Of a stretch of 64,000 nucleotides of DNA, positions 49,255 through 61,853 are shown one piece after another. This DNA is from Phoronis australis (Eukaryota; Animalia; Phoronida), in contig NMRA01000801.1 in the NCBI GenBank assembly GCA_002633005.1, forward strand, positions 62,001 through 126,000. Reading direction: 5' to 3'. Position 1 is the stretch's first letter, and every line of letters starts with the position of its first letter. A program made the translations under genes and the position numbers. The notes below the pieces were generated by a model. It did no database searches. It was given only the letters and a program-made list of their open reading frames with translations, and was not told the DNA's origin.

Positions 49255-50899
49255 CCGTTCCCGTAATGGAATTCTGATACGGGCGGCCCATATCGTAATA
49301 TCTTTTTTGATTGAATTTAAAACGTTAAATTGAATACAAATCCTTAAAATTCGGTGTGTTTTCATCGAATCGAGGTTTTATTTCATAGTTTCGATGTATT
49401 ACAGATACTCACAATGTTGTGTTCAATCTTTGTGCAATTGAGGTTGACCGAGTCTATATTCAAAATGGAGGCAACTATGGGTTGCAGGATTTCAAGGCGA
49501 ATTATTTTGAAAACTTAAGTTTCTAATATTAAATTTTTCGATGAATTTGAATATAATTGCTTTGTACAAAAAGATTAAGCTAATATATGTTGCAAGTTTT
49601 CCACGTATTTTGCACCAAATTAAATGGCCTATTGTTGCCGATTCTAGGACGGGAGACACACTCGACAGCGGCCTGTATCGGAATCGCGCAGCGTTCACAC
49701 CTTCGGCTTGAAGAAGACATGAATGCAATGTTCCTAACATCAAAATTTTTGTATCAAGCAAACTACACTTTATAATAAAATGATATTGCCTGATAATTCG
49801 TAAGAAGCGTTTTGTTTTTTCGAGCCCAGTCATCCTCCCGGGGATTCCCATGCGGGCCCGTATTAGAATGTGCACTAAATAATTGAATAAAATGTTCCAA
49901 AGGTAATGATTTTGATCAATTTGAATATTAATTGACATGAAATGAACAGTTAATATGTTTTCTTGATTTTCCACATATTTTGCACTAAATTAAATGGCCA
50001 GTCATCCCTGATTCCAATACGATGGATAGATGGTGAAAGCCAAATTTGTGTGTCGATGATGTCATAGACTTCGATTGGTGCAAGCACCATCTCAAATTTT
50101 TTGGCGCTAAATGTGGTTCGTGATGGGGCTACTGTATTGTCAAAGGCCTACTTAATTAATGACTGGGTTATGCTATGATACCGTAGTTTGATGTTTTTCA
50201 TCAATACATGTATTTTAGATATAAAATTAGTCATTTTGGCATCATAGCAGGCCTTTAAGGTTACGGAGGACCTGCATTGAGCAAAAAATATATGGAACAA
50301 ATGGACATCAGTTGTGTGGAAGCATATATTTTTGGATAGGAGATACCAGTCTGTCATTGATTGGGTTATGTGACCATGTCATTTACTAAAATTTGTCATA
50401 AAAGAAAGGTAAAGCAATTGTATCAATAACATGGACTAGTTTCATTTCATATAAATGTTCATGATGAAATTTCTGAAACACTGTTTCAGTTTTCTGAAAG
50501 AGCATTTCGTTGTGGTTTTATGCAACTTTCATTTTCTCCTGAAAATCATAAAAGTACTTTTTTTTCATAGCCGATCAAGCAAAAATGCGACTAACAGCGT
50601 TTCTAAGAACGGCATGTTCATATCAACTTTTATATACTGTGCTTTTTAAGCTGTTCTCTAAAACGCTCTTAGTAATTGTTTGAGATTAATCTACTTTTGC
50701 ATGAGGAGCTACAAAGGATTGAAAAGAATTTTTTAGTTTTTACAAAAAAAAACAGAAAAATTTCCTAGAAAGAAAATATGATAGAAAAAATTAATGAAAC
50801 TTGTAGTTCAGAATTGAGAAATCTGGTATCAGTTAATACAAGGGTCTCTAACCACTGTTACCCTGTTGTCTCATCACATTTGACAAAAATGAATTGTGG

Positions 50900-51320
50900 T
50901 TGAAAGTTGATGACTTATATAGGAATAAGGAACTGTTGGCATCTTTGGACATTCACTATTAGTTCTTGCAAAAGGGCCGTCCCGAATTTCACGGCCATAG
51001 AACTCTTCTATGTCCTGGAGATTAAAGAAAGCGTGTGACTTAGTTTTGGAAATCAGGCACATTTTCTTGCCTCATTGATGTCGAGGAAGGTGAAGAATTT
51101 CAGATCACGCATCCACGGGTATTTGCCCTGTTTATCAAACTTTTTCAGGTTGGAGTTACAGACCACAGCACAGCAGTACTTCTTAGGCTTTGGGAAGACA
51201 GAATAGATCAATGCAATCCAGAAAAACATGTAAACAATCAAACAGCAACAAATAACACATAAAACTTCAGTGGCAGGAAAATGAGGCAGCAAATGTGCCT
51301 GAGGGATGTTCAATGTTTAT
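50900..51320 (-). pseudogene. Decayed THAP-domain transposon fragment
   Basis: PKPKKYCCAVVCNSNLKK...YPWMRDLKFFTF, then frameshifted ...PKMPTVP (THAP CxxxxC/FF/PT pattern). Confidence 0.55.
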
Positions 51321-51329
51321 GTGTAATCC

Positions 51330-51700
51330 TGGAGGATCCTATTACTGTTTTGCCTAGTTTTCAATCACTCATAGAATCAAACCACTATATTGCTTTTAAT
51401 GATGTAAAGATTTTAGACCATGATATGAACACAACTAACCTGTTGATCCATGAAGCCTTAGGCATCAATGAGCTCCATGCTGAGTACTGCTTGAATAGGA
51501 ACATAGGGACTTTCAACCCTCAGTTGTGGTAGCTGATAGTGGAGTTCATTTCACTGGATGTCTCTCTACTAGTAACTTGTATTATGCACTTTGATGTGCA
51601 TGCAGTTGATTGTTATTGTGAATTGATGTAGAGCATGACTCATACCTGATGATGATTTAAACTATTCATTCGAAACATCAATCATGAATGTTGTTGGGTT
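51330..51700 (+). mobile_element. Decayed Penelope-like 3' end
   Basis: HYIAFNDVKILDHDMNTTNLLIHEALGI...LNRNIG (GIY-YIG C-terminus), then CTGATGA...CGAAAC at 51646-51676. Confidence 0.65.
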
Positions 51701-52007
51701 GAAACTTCCTCTATTTTGTGAATATTCCCAAGGTGACGTACTTGCTTGAAAGTACCAGAGCGCTTTAGTTTGACACCAATAGTATGTAGGTCTCTAATGC
51801 ATGAACCTAAAGTAGACTAGGGTGTATGAAGTAGGGTAATCTTTATTTAATGTCGGTGCATGGCTGCACACAGAACTCAGCAATGACCAACTAGAAAATA
51901 TAAAAAGAAAAGCCGTAGGTGTAAACAACCAACGAGTGAGTCTGGACACTTAGCATGTCTGCTGGAGCTGATTCACTATTTCAACTTACAATACTACTGG
52001 GGGTGTT

Positions 52008-52421
52008 CTGTAGATAAGCCCTCCCGATAAAACGCCCATGGGCGTTTATTTGGAAATTATGCCAAATACACGCCCATGGGCATTTATTTGGTGTGAGAAC
52101 TTGTGGTGTCGATTGTCCAGACAGTGGGACGTTTATTTGGAAATTTTCCTCTTAAAAACCTGCTCAGCGTCAACTTTTTGTCACAAATTCAGTTTTGTGG
52201 AGCATTTATCATTTACAAAAATGAACAAGGTGTTGGCGAACTATGCATCTATTAACAAAAAATTTTAAAATGCAGTGAAAAAGTGTCAAGTCCAGCAAAA
52301 CTATGGCTTTCCGTTTACACCCCCCCCTTTTTCCGAATAACCACTCGGGTGTTTTAGGTGTTGCTAAAACGCCTGAAAATTTTCGTTTTCCAAATACACG
52401 CCCATGGGCTAATTTACAGAA
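52008..52421. mobile_element. Tc2/pogo-like MITE remnant
   Basis: TCTGTAGATAAGCCC ... GGGCTAATTTACAGA inverted ends with repeated ACGCCCATGGGC motifs. Confidence 0.55.
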
Positions 52422-54648
52422 ATTCTGGGTTCCTTAGGCGTAACATGCAAACAAATAACTATGCTCAGGTGATATCAATAGACATTCAGGGACAACGCAG
52501 TGACATAAGATGACATTATTAAATCATTCTTTACTGATGCACTGGGAAGTGGATCTCATATTCAGAAGTAAATAAGGAGTTTTGATGATTTTCTGATCTT
52601 GGCCAAGATGCATGTTTATAAACAGGAAAACGTAGCATGTAACATATTAGTTAAGATTATCTCAAACTTTATTTAGAGGCCTCCATTCTAACTCTTATAT
52701 CAAAAAGACTAAGCTTTCTCAACTAATAAAAGTACCGTATATATTTTCTGAAAGAAAAAAATCAGGGAATTTTGAAATATTTCTTTTGTATTTTTGTGCC
52801 ATTATTGTTATTACGTTAACACCTTTTTAGGTCAAAATTTCATTTTTAAGAAAGGTACATTCATAGCAAAATAACCCCTCGGTCCATTTTAATGAAACCT
52901 TTTTTGAATGAAAACTTCACCAGTTACCTCAAAAAAATGTTAGGAATTTTCAGTTAGTCTTTTCGTTTGATGAAGCAACTCGCAAAACATAAGGTATTCA
53001 TGTTTGTTACATTACGCAAAAACGAGGCATGTCGAAAATCCTAGCAGCGTGCTTGAGATTGATGAAGTTTCAACGAAATCCACCTAGTCATTTTCAAGAA
53101 CTCATGTTCCTAAGTTCAAATAAAGTTGATTTGCCGAAGCAGAGAAAAAGCCGATTGAACTAGGACGAGTGAAAATCTCAAAGTCTTCGGAATTGTTTTT
53201 GGTGAAAACTTGTTTTCAGTAAATATAACCTATACATGCCTTGGATATGCTAGCTACATCAACATTCACTCGCATTGTCACCTGAATTTGCAATGCGTAA
53301 TTAACATAATTATTAAAATGTACCGTCCCCAGCCACGAGGTGGGATCAAGTTTTACTGTTGCTTAACCTACTTAGAAGTACCAGTAGGTCATAGTTCATT
53401 GTTATACACATAGTCTGTACACATCATGTGCCGGGAGTTTGATACGAAACCAAGTAAGAAATGGATAACAAAAATTGAATCTGTGGTTAAAGCATGTCGT
53501 TAGCATGAGATCCAAAATGCGAAATGTTAATATAGTAAGTGAATTAAGGAATTTGGGTGAGGATTTATCTCTTTTCACAACATGCTGTGTTCATGACCAC
53601 AGAGGCGTGAGGCGACTCGTAGCATTCGTTCTCAGCGCCAACAGTCGTATGAATGTAGATGCACAACTCCCTCAGGATCAAAACTACATTTTGTATTTGT
53701 TTTCTCCAGCACCATTCTATCATAAGTACACCTCGTTGACTCAATATTATGGCGACTTGGTGAATGAAAGGATTGAGGGCATACAAAGCTGCTCTGTACC
53801 TGGCAGAAGATTCAATTTGAGTGACAGCCCTGTAACCTTTGACCTCGGATAAGTAGTAAACAAATATCCACGCAATTGTGTGGTTCTGAGGTGGTTCTGC
53901 TAAATCTTTTTTCTCGCTACGCGGTTTTTATATTTTGTATTTGAAGTTCCCCGAGAATGAAGATAAAGTATTTTGCTAGACACATTTGAAATATTGTAAA
54001 AATGGCCAATTTTTGTGAATAATGTTTAAGATCACCTTAATTTTGGTAGGTATTTTCTAGTTATTGATCCAGGTTAACCCTGGAGATTAGAACTTCAATT
54101 AAGCAAGGCACAGGTTTCAAAATGAGTAGAGGTGCCTGCCAATACCAACTTTTTAACCGAAAATGTGTCCATGTCCATTTTGCAAATAAGATTTTACTAA
54201 GAAGTATAGTCGTTCTCACTAAAACTTGACGATGTTCTCGTTAAATATCCCTATGCAAATTTTCACTCAGTTAATTTTCAAGTAATTTAGTTTTATTTTT
54301 TCTCGGTTTTTGAGATGACTTGGAAAGCGAGGCAAATTTCATTGAAATTGTCTACTTTGAAAACTGCTGAGTGTCAAGTATATACAGAGTTAGTGAGCGT
54401 GCTTGCTGCTTAAAGACTATCATCAAGAATACAGTTAGGGTACTTATGCTCATCACATTGTCATGAAATTGATAGCATCATGTAGACCTCAAGACCCTAC
54501 GTGGAAAATCTGGTAGTAGGTAACGGACGCTCATGGGCACCTTACTCATTACATCCTTCTAAGAGAAAAATGTCATTTTCTTGCATCACCCTTCTGCTTT
54601 TGTAAAAAAAAGAAAAAAGACTGTTGTGAATGAAAACTGTCCCCTCAT

Positions 54649-55136
54649 CAGGCCTTTATCCAGGATTTCGAAAATAGGGTGTCCAAAACGGGGTTCCCAA
54701 TATTCCAGGGCGTCCATGATTCCGATGCGTAACCCCCCAGCCCCAGCAGTCCCCCCCAAACACACATTTTTTTACAAAAAAAATGCATAGACCAAGGTTT
54801 TTACATCTAAGTTTACAAAACAGCCTTCTGCAGTGAGCATTTTTACTAAAAAAACTGTGTAGATCAAGACTTTTACATTGCTATCAACCAAGTGTGAGTG
54901 TAGCAACATTGTATATACTTTGTAAATTGTATATGTCTTCCTGCTTTTTAAAAAGAGCCACCACTGTGACTATTCACAGGCTTCCTAGTAATCATTACAA
55001 TGTGTGTGTCCAAACTTGAGAAGTTCCTATTGATAGTGGGCGACCAAATGATACATTGGGCGTCCTTGCCATTGCGTCCATATTAGTGCTAGGGCATCCA
55101 TTTGAATGCCCAGGACCTACGCTTCATAAAGGCCTG
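54649..55136. mobile_element. 488-bp MITE with 7-bp TSD
   Basis: TIR CAGGCCTTTAT/ATAAAGGCCTG, CCCTCAT on both flanks. Confidence 0.85.
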
Positions 55137-56172
55137 CCCTCATGATCCGCGCTTGCGCCATTTGATTTATTTTTTTCTGGATGTGTGACAACTTTGCAAA
55201 ACTAATATTTGTTCAGAAATTAGTTTTGCTGGTAATAAATCACTACTTCTAAAATAGTGAAACTTATCGGGGTAACTTATGAACTGCACAACTTTGTGGT
55301 AAAAGAAGAGTTGATTGAAGAATCTGTGAAAAGAGAAATTGACCTATTGGTGATACTTAGTTCATGGCTCTGAAAATGTCCTTTATACTGGCATTGACAC
55401 TTTGATGTTTTGAGGAGTTGCGGTCAGTATGAACGGTTAACTTCGGCCCCAGTGAACAGTGTCAGTTAATGTTTCGGTAAACAGGTGGATCTTACAGCAG
55501 AGCGTCGATGCTGCGGTGCAGTAGGAATGGTCTAATTGGGTGTCATCGAATTTATCGCCAGCGGCCACTATTATTGCTCAACCCTGACTTACAATTTTAT
55601 CCAATCCTCATTCTGTCACCTGCTAATGCATCATTGTTGTCAATCTTAAAAGATAAATACAGGAAATAATAAAAACTCATACTAATCCCTATGTCGCAGA
55701 TATTTTGGTTCTTGTTAGGTGGTCTTTCCCCAGTTGCCTGGCTAAAAGTATAGGTGAGGCGTGCCGTTTAGCAGACCTTGAAAGGAGTTTTCAAATTTTC
55801 TTCCCAACTGCTGAGGGTTGTCAAGGGTTACAGAGCGTTATTTTGCTTCAGGGACTTGCGGATCAGAACGTCGTTTTTATTATAATAGGCAGAAACCAGG
55901 TTTGGTATCTTCATTAAAAGGCAGTGTTGTCACTAATATTTGCTATTATTTTGCTTGAATAATCATCAGTCGTATTAGAAATAATTCTTTGTCAGTTATC
56001 ACTCGTAAATGTTCAAAAATTGTCACATTAAAATTTTTTTCGCACACATGAAATGCATCATCGCTACCTTGCAATTACTTTGATGACGACAACGTCATCT
56101 ACTGTTTATTTCGATGTTGTTAACTTTCGAAGCTGGTTTGAACGCTTCCATTAACTTGGCTGTATACATCTG

Positions 56173-56865
56173 CACCCGGTCTCCAATCTCCGTACTCAGA
56201 CTCGTACTCATACTCGAGATTTCATACTCAAAATCGTGCTCACTGGAGTCGTACTCAAAAAGGCGTATCTAATGTCGTATTTCGAGTAGACTCCAAACGT
56301 ACTCAAATCTGACACTCATACTGGAGTTGTTATGGAACTGTTTATGATGTGAAATGCAAAACCACGCAGTCTCGCTGATTCATCGCTCCCCATTGGAATA
56401 GACCACCCCAAGAACTAGGCCTACATTATAGTCTGCTGTCGCTACAACTACAAGAGTATGTCTATAACGTGGAATTCTGAGTGTTCTGTAACTGTTATTC
56501 ATTTTTTAGTTTCAATAAATATTCTTATGCCATTTCTTTGATACGTTTGGCAATTATTAAGCTTTACTTCTTGAGTTCCTTACCCAGTCCCGAAAACGTC
56601 TTAAGAAATATGTAACAGCTTTATCACATCACATCTCTGTTGCTAATTTAGTCTTGACATAAAACCCATTGCTGTGTAGGCCTACGCTGATGTCAAACTT
56701 TGGTACTGTATCTTTGCATTTTACTGAGTACGTGCTCAAAATTTCGAGTACAGATTTTTCGAGTATGACATTGAATACACCAAAGCTGAGTCTGTACTCG
56801 AGTTGAGTATGAAGTGTGAGTTTGAGCATGATTCGAGTCTGAGTACGGAGATTGGAGACCGGGCC
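56173..56865. mobile_element. Harbinger-like MITE with ~30-bp TIR
   Basis: CCCGGTCTCCAATCTCCGTACTCAGACTCG and its exact reverse complement at the right end; internal TACTC subrepeats. Confidence 0.85.
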
Positions 56866-57511
56866 CAGGCAGTATACATGGACGCTCTGCTCATACCAGA
56901 GTTCAGTGAGTATGAAGGGGCCTAAAAAACAAGTAAAAAGTCCCTTGCTCTGTTAAGCAGAATTTGAATAATGGCCTGAACCAATTTAGGATATATATTT
57001 CTTTATGACACCACTTTTATGGCTGATTTTGATTCACCAGTTTTTACCTACATGGTTCTAAAGCTGTATTTTTAGTTTATAGGTTTGCACCAAGGCTAAT
57101 CCACATTCCACACACCCTTACTTCAGTAGTTAAGAACAACTGATTGACATCTGGTTCTTCAATTTCTATTTCCACCCTCAGAAACAGTGGACTGGTCTGG
57201 CAATCTGCACTCTTATCAAGCAGTTATGTAATTTCTGGATATTGACCCTGTGACCTAGATTTGATGGCTAGCAATATTGCATAATGCCTTACCTCTGTGA
57301 GGGGGCTGTATCCAAACTGTGTCCTATTTGATTTGTTACTAAGTCCTGGGTCAAGTTCAATATTGCTAGTGCCTTGCTAGAAAAGCCAGATAACAGAGTC
57401 CTATATATGAGCAAAGTTCCTAATGAAACCAAAAAAATCTGATTGGAACTTTTACTCTCGTAAAATAGGAGAAATACTATTCTTTACCATTCTATTTCTG
57501 TTTAATAATAA

Positions 57512-59197
57512 AGGAGCTTGCCACCCAAAAAGCAACCTAATTTGTATCAATTTATATCCAGTAGTTCTACTCCATAACGACACGTACGGTTGCGTTACCT
57601 GACACCTGACGGCAGATGGAGGTGTTGAAATTATCCAATGATGTCATCGGTTTCACACGCAATCTGTTCAGCAGTTCACAACACAGGTTACTGGTGTCTG
57701 CTTATCGCTTGAAGTCATTGTTTAACACCAATATATCATCAAACTTCGATGTAAAACCCTTAAAAATACACCGAGTTCTTATAAAAACGTGTTGTTTTAT
57801 TTCGCTCATACGGATTTATTGGTATTTGGACACACCGTAGCCTACAAAGTTCAGCAGGCCAATAAGGTCCATAGCAGGAGTTTGGAGTTTGTTCGAAGAT
57901 AATTTAAATGTATTTTCCGTGAGATACAGACAGGAGAACCTAGATCTGTGTTGTTTAGACTAGTGATTTTTTGAGTTCTAAACACAAAACACTTGTTATC
58001 CTGACCAGTGGCTCGGAGCCTGATCAGGCCCGTTGCGGCCGCTCGGATTGACTCGTTATCCCGGCCCAGCAGTGGCTCGGAAACTGATCAGACATCACGA
58101 ACATAAACCAGCCAAAGTTCAGTAGAAACTAAACTTCCACTCAAGAAAATACTATACTAGTGAGCCAAAGTAATGTGCACGTGATTATGTTGGTGAATTG
58201 GCCACAAAACTGCAAATCTACTTACTCGTCGGGGGCCGCGAATTCACGTTCCGCTTTGGCCACAGCACCCTCAGGGCAGAAGTTGTACATTGACAATCAT
58301 TATTTGAGTAATGTAAATGTAAATAAAGATTCCCCTAACACCTGGCCGTGGGATGGAAATCTAGTTGTTTCACAACAGTTTCTGCCTGCAAACACGAAAT
58401 TAGCATGAGCTCACACGGCCTCGGTGTCCCGTCAATTAGTTTTATTGCACCTAAAGCCGGGTAACGCAGTGATTTATTCATTGCTGGCTTTTCAAATCAT
58501 TTGCACTCGCGAACACTCCAAAGGCATTACAAATTGCATCTAATGAGACAGACTTTGTTTCAGTTTTATATAAGTATTGGTTAGAGTGAGAATAATTCAT
58601 TTTGAAACAGAACGCTCAGTAATAAACGCCAACATGGCAACCGTCGCAATCCCGACTTACGACGAGCTAGAGCTCAACAGACCCGACTTCGCAGGTGGAT
58701 CGTTAAGTTTTACAGGCTATCAATTCGAACAGGAATACAGTGATGAAGAAATACTAGAGAGGCGCCGTGAACAAGCTCAGACAATGGAACGTATGGAGTT
58801 ATTTGGTAAGCCGGCATTCGTCAGGCACTGTCGATGTCTGCAGGCCACAGACACGGAGATGTTTCACGGCCTCATAGTTGCTATTTACAGCGTACATTTC
58901 ATTCTTCACTACCATGAGCCACTTCCTAAGCATTTCGGACTCTCGAGGAAGTAAAAAAAACCGATATACCCACTTTCCTCGCAGCTGCTTAGTTCGGACA
59001 AACGGGAATGATGCACCGCAACATAGCGGCATTCGCTCTGCACATGAACCACTGACGTCGCTAGCGTAATTTCTCACCTTCCTCACAGGTTAACGTGACA
59101 CCTTTTGGCAAGGTAAGGTCGACCGTATGCGAGGCGATGTGGATATAGACCGATTAAGACGGCAAAAAAGACTAATTAAATCGGGTGGCATTCTCCT
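57512..59197. mobile_element. 1.69-kb Kolobok-like deletion derivative with two convergent gene stubs
   Basis: TIR AGGAG..TGCCACCC/GGGTGGCATTCTCCT, flanks ATAA/TTAA. Minus-strand THAP stub from ATG 59032 (MPLCCGA...FFLLPRESEMLRKW...LRVCG). Plus-strand stub from ATG 58634 (...GYQFEQEYSDEEI). Confidence 0.8.
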
Positions 59198-59979
59198 TTA
59201 AGTTTGTTCAAAGAACAATATGTTTTTGTAAAGTGGTCAAACAAGAAAACTTTGTTCCTTGTTGAACTATGGTTATCGAAAGAAATCTGGGAATATTACT
59301 TAACTTTTAATATCAAACACTGGAAATTCAATAAACATGGATTTACAGGAAGTGAACCAAGGCACAGAATGCAGATGTGAGCAGAGTACATGAATTGACG
59401 AGCAACATTGTGGGGCGAAATGTTTTCACGACAGTCTGCATTATCAACGGTCACTCAGAAAATTGCGTGGCTTTTCATCGTTGTATTTACATGTTCTGCG
59501 TATTCAAATTTTCATTCAAAGATATCACGACTTCTTACATTATTTATTATACAAATTATCACTAGATGACCACACAAAATGTGAACTCGCATTTCTGAAA
59601 AAAAATTTTGCGGAGCGTGTAATCATGCTAATATCATTATAGTAGCAATAAATTCTTTTCAAAGTTTCCATTGTCTAGTTTCACTTCCAAATAAAAATTT
59701 GTCTGTGTTCTTGCGAAATTTGTCAACTACACCAATAATATGAAGTAATGCCTGACAATCACTGTTTATAACTGAATATTTATTGAAATCAGGTTGCTAA
59801 TTGTAACTTTCAAAGAAATTTATCAGTCCGTCTATATCTGACCTTTGATTGTCTTTTTTGTCGATTTTTCAGCGAATAAGCCATCGTTTTGTGGCCCTCT
59901 GGGACTCGTCCCTTCCAAGCTATCTCTTTTATGTGACCACATTGAAATGTGTGTGTGTGCCATCTTCTATGTGTGACAT

Positions 59980-60400
59980 CTACTGCTGTATCTCCTAAAC
60001 TTCTTGCAGAATTTTAATGAGATTTTGTTGAGGCGTTCCAATGAATCTGATGGCTGATGGCGACCAGTTTCGAACAATCTGACTTATGCCATGCTCCCTA
60101 GTGTCAATTTTATTTTTTATGTTTGCTTCTACAGAGATCCTTGCTGAATTTTCATGAAATTAATCTAAAAGGTTTTTATAAAAAAAAACAACTATGCTAT
60201 TACATTTTTGGGTGAATTTGACAATTTTACGCGACCTTGTGTCCATTTTTGTTGCCTCAAGTGACGACCTCTCTATCCATTAAGGATTGTTAAGAAAATT
60301 TGCTGATGTTTTCATAATGAGAATACCACAGCTGATGTTGATTTTCCAACTTCTGTGTGTCACCTAATGGGCACTTTTGTTTATTGGATCCACTGCTGAA
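59980..60400 (+). mobile_element. Old diverged HINE subrepeats
   Basis: CTGTATCTCCTAAAC...CTCCCTAGTGTCAATTTT...CACCTAATGGGC. Confidence 0.55.
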
Positions 60401-60429
60401 CTTGCGTGTGTGCGGATTCATTATCTTGG

Positions 60430-60765
60430 TGATTGCATGGTCAAATTAGTTTGAAATACAACATGTGAGTATGAAGTGGGTTGAAAATTGCCAAATGTTT
60501 TTAAGAACAGGTTTTGTGTCGAAAATGGTCCCCCGTAAATCACTCCACGGTGTCCTGTAAGTATCCTGATGTGGTGTTAAGGAATAACACTGCATGATGC
60601 TGGTTATGTGAGCCCCTAAGGTACATCATTAGTGCAAAGGGTCACCTATTTGGAGATTTTTTTGTTTTCACATTTACAAGTTGTCATTGAATACAACTGC
60701 ACGTTGTTTAGCTTAAAGGATTTTCAAATAGCATTGTCGTTTAGTTCCTGCTATACATTAGATAG
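60430..60765 (+). repeat. Interspersed repeat shared with ~15553-15875
   Basis: GTGATT.CATGGTCAAATTAGTT...TTCACATTTACAAGTTGTCA.TGAATACAACTGCAC occurs at both places. Confidence 0.75.
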
Positions 60766-61007
60766 GATCATGCAAGATATCTCTTTGGTGCTGACAACAT
60801 GACAGCGAGTCGGTCCAAATACCGCTGTGCCTTCTTAGTACATAAGTTGTCTTTTACGTTAACCTCTGTATCTTTGGAGTTCACTTAATGGATTTTCAAG
60901 AAATACAACAAACCACCGTCGCAGTAAAATGTTCAGACACCTATAGAAACAATCTTGTTCCGGCTGAAGCGGGCAATTAAAAACAAAATTATTCCTGGTG
61001 GCTAAAA

Positions 61008-61785
61008 AAGGTACAGTATAGGTGGTAACGCTATCCAGAAAGTCACCCCTACTAGATGGAGTTTGCCTTGCAAAATCATATTATTAAAGCGTTTCTTACC
61101 ATTGCAGTCTTGTAATATCTTATTACTGTAAACACTTGGGTTAACAACTATGCTCACGCACAAGCCTACTCCCTACCTTTGAAGTGTTTCATAATAAGCG
61201 CTCACTGATGTACTATGCATTCCCCCTCAACTTTTAAGAATTTCCAATTAAGCGCCCACAGTTCAGGCTGGTGCCCATCATAGCGCACTACAAACGACCG
61301 CGCGTGGTTTAAAATTGACACGTAGTCTGTTGCGTATCACTCTCATTTTAAAACAAATTCAGTTTTCAAAAAACGTTTCTCAACCAGATCCCGGCTTTGT
61401 TTTATCCTCCAAAAGAATGTAAACACTGGTGACATGGGTGTCGTTTCGTGACTGACCTATTTTTCCCATACTTGGAAGGTATTGAGGACTGCAAGCTTGC
61501 CATTACCCGATAGAAGCCTGCACGGAGGGAGTCAGGAATTATTTCGAGGCTATTCATTTCATGTAAAACTAATTGTTAAAAATGTTAACAGCATAAGTAC
61601 CACATTTTTGTTATGAAATTTGCACTGAATTGTTCCCGGGCATCGAAATAGGTCATTCGGTTAGGGCATCGTTTCACGGATTTTTTTTGACATGTTTTTC
61701 AAAGGTCAAGTTAAGTTGAAAAATTTGGGCTGTGAACAAAAAGTAGAGGGAATTTGCAATCCGAGTTAGTTTGAATCTTTAACGT
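61008..61785 (+). repeat. Diverged copy of the 27121-27905 transposon-internal segment
   Basis: Colinear similarity, e.g. CACCCCTACTAGATGGAGTTTGCC and TTTCCAATTAAGCGCCCACAGTTCAGGCT. Confidence 0.8.
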
Positions 61786-61853
61786 CTTTGATAAAAGCCA
61801 GTAGGAGGTCGCACCTCAGTTGTCGTTTGCGTTTGTTTATGAGTCAGTCAACA

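Noticed and set aside
49492-49974. 160-aa minus-strand ORF (also 53475-53852 and 36423-36809)
   Set aside because: No recognisable domain, repeat-like context, and no consistent splice-site framework.
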